Part shown: positions 22,937-24,000 of the stretch, one piece after another
Position numbering within the stretch: position 1 is the stretch's first letter
How the letters are laid out: each line of letters begins with the position of its first letter
Assembly: GCA_045046875.1 (NCBI GenBank)
Contig: JASFYY010000041.1
Coordinates: forward strand, 8,821-32,820
Direction of reading: 5' to 3'
Length of the DNA: 24,000 nt
DNA from: Verrucomicrobiota bacterium
Lineage (GTDB): Bacteria; Verrucomicrobiota; Verrucomicrobiia; Verrucomicrobiales; DEV007
Position numbers and translations under genes: made by a program
Notes under the pieces: model-generated
Told to the model about the DNA's origin: nothing
Seen by the model: only the letters and a program-made list of their open reading frames with translations
Databases searched by the model: none

Positions 22937-24000
22937 ATGGGAAAATCCAAAGATAACGATGCTGGAACGCCGCGCTGGATGCGGGATTTGCGCCGCTTTT
23001 TGCCTTTGCGCAGTCAATTTGTGCTGTGGGGCAATGTGCGGGATCGTTTTGCCTGGCATCAGGGGGAGCATGTGCTGCCATTAGGGCTGGCGGAATATCT
23101 GGCGGCTCATCTGGCGCAGAACGGGGTGCCGCATTTTTTATCTTTTACGATTGCCGAGGGTTTGAGGATTGTGCCGCGGCTGGGAATGGAGCTGGACAAG
23201 GAAAAAGAATTTTACGCTGAGCGTTTTGGCCTGAAGTGGAGTGAAGATGAGGATGTGCTGCCGATGTCGAATGATGCTTTTTTTACTCTGATGGGAAGGC
23301 TGTCCCAGAATGACGAGGAACCGGTCGGGCTGGCGGTGGACATGGCGTCACGATTGATCGTGAGGGACGAGGCGATCAGTGACTGTGAACATGGGCTGTT
23401 CACCAAGGCGTTGTTGTTTTCCCAAAGAGCGCGTCCATTGGCGGCGTTTGGCGAAGAGGAATCACCGAGTCCGCGTTTTAATGCGGTTTTCTGGTTGTTG
23501 GATCGCGAGGGGGATTTGCCTGACTGGCTGGTGCTGGAAAATCCGCGGTTGCGTTCCATTCCGATTCCGGTGCCTGATTCCGGATTGCGTAAGGTTTTTA
23601 TCAAGGCGTTGTGCCGTGAGGGGAGGGTGAGCGATGAGACGGTGGATGATTTTGTTGATCAGACGGAGGGAATGCGACTGGCGGATTTGTTGGGCATTGT
23701 GCAACTTTGTCGGGCGGAGGGGCTGGATTTCAGCGAATTGCCGGAAGGCGCGCGACGCTACAAACTGGGGGTGACGGAAGATCCTTGGAAAAAGATCGAT
23801 CATGACAAGATAGCCAAGGCGGACGAGTTTGTGCGCAAGCGGGTGATGGGACAGGATCGAGCGGTAACAGCGATGCTGGATATTGTGAAACGTGCGGTGA
23901 TGGGTTTTTCCGGGAGCGGCAAACGATCCGGTCGCCCGCGCGGAGTGGCTTTTTTGGCGGGGCCGACCGGGGTGGGTAAAACGGAACTGGCGAAGACGGT
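22937..24000 (+). CDS. AAA+ ATPase, 5' part (3' end outside window): P-loop-less AAA-like module followed by ClpA/ClpB-D2-type module
   Basis: This ORF is absent from the supplied track because no stop falls inside the window. I translated 22937-24000 by hand and found no stop. It begins MGKSKDNDAGTPRWMRDLRRFLPLRSQFVLWGNVRD.... It ends ...VMGQDRAVTAMLDIVKRAVMGFSGSGKRSGRPRGVAFLAGPTGVGKTELAKT. The Walker A GPTGVGKT lies at 23960-23983 in the characteristic ClpB-D2 context. Confidence 0.85.
   Translation, partial: MGKSKDNDAGTPRWMRDLRRFLPLRSQFVLWGNVRDRFAWHQGEHVLPLGLAEYLAAHLAQNGVPHFLSFTIAEGLRIVPRLGMELDKEKEFYAERFGLKWSEDEDVLPMSNDAFFTLMGRLSQNDEEPVGLAVDMASRLIVRDEAISDCEHGLFTKALLFSQRARPLAAFGEEESPSPRFNAVFWLLDREGDLPDWLVLENPRLRSIPIPVPDSGLRKVFIKALCREGRVSDETVDDFVDQTEGMRLADLLGIVQLCRAEGLDFSELPEGARRYKLGVTEDPWKKIDHDKIAKADEFVRKRVMGQDRAVTAMLDIVKRAVMGFSGSGKRSGRPRGVAFLAGPTGVGKTELAKT

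Noticed and set aside
1-24000. tRNA, rRNA, tmRNA, SRP or RNase P genes, and mobile-element genes (transposase, integrase, reverse transcriptase).
   Set aside because: I scanned the spacers by eye for T-loop (GGTTCGAnnCC-like) and other hallmark motifs, and scanned all ORFs for transposase or integrase text. Nothing convincing was found. A tool-based scan (tRNAscan or Infernal) would be needed to exclude them formally.

Overview
The window looks like a chromosomal segment from a PVC-superphylum bacterium (Verrucomicrobiota or Planctomycetota type). That call rests on gene content only: a PSCyt1/DUF1549/DUF1553 plus DUF1501 gene pair, a sigma factor paired with a FecR/LamG anti-sigma factor, and short CAC-anchored repeats in the spacers. 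I support about 17 protein-coding genes and one frameshifted gene remnant. I recognised no rRNA, tRNA, CRISPR array, transposase or integrase.

Layout, left to right:
- 1-2.4 kb: a visibly more AT-rich block. It holds the tail of a hypothetical gene, a frameshifted and truncated SBBP-repeat gene, and three small or membrane protein genes.
- 2.5-4.5 kb (minus strand): a cytoplasmic protein that reads as two degenerate protein-kinase folds.
- 4.66-10.3 kb (plus strand): an unknown 611-aa exported protein, then clear homologues of CreD, CreB and CreC. In front of it sits a TTCAC-N6-TTCAT-N6-TTCAC triple repeat at exact 11-bp phasing, which matches the E. coli cre-tag architecture.
- 10.3-14.9 kb (minus strand): a Tat-exported protein resembling the N,N-dimethylformamidase large subunit, a YjhG/YagF-type pentonate dehydratase, and an FAH-family enzyme.
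- 15.1-22.4 kb (minus strand): ECF sigma, FecR/LamG anti-sigma, a PSCyt1-DUF1549-discoidin-DUF1553 protein, and DUF1501.
- 22.9 kb to the window end (plus strand): the 5' part of an AAA+ gene. A P-loop-less AAA-like module precedes a ClpB-D2-type module. This ORF is missing from the supplied track because it has no stop codon inside the window.

Most intergenic spacers are filled with related tandem repeats of 7 to 15 bp period.

The best candidates for something new are (a) the cre-tag / exported protein / CreD / CreBC module together with the divergent tandem pseudokinase, and (b) the truncated atypical AAA+ gene. All family assignments were made by eye from motifs. No database search was run.
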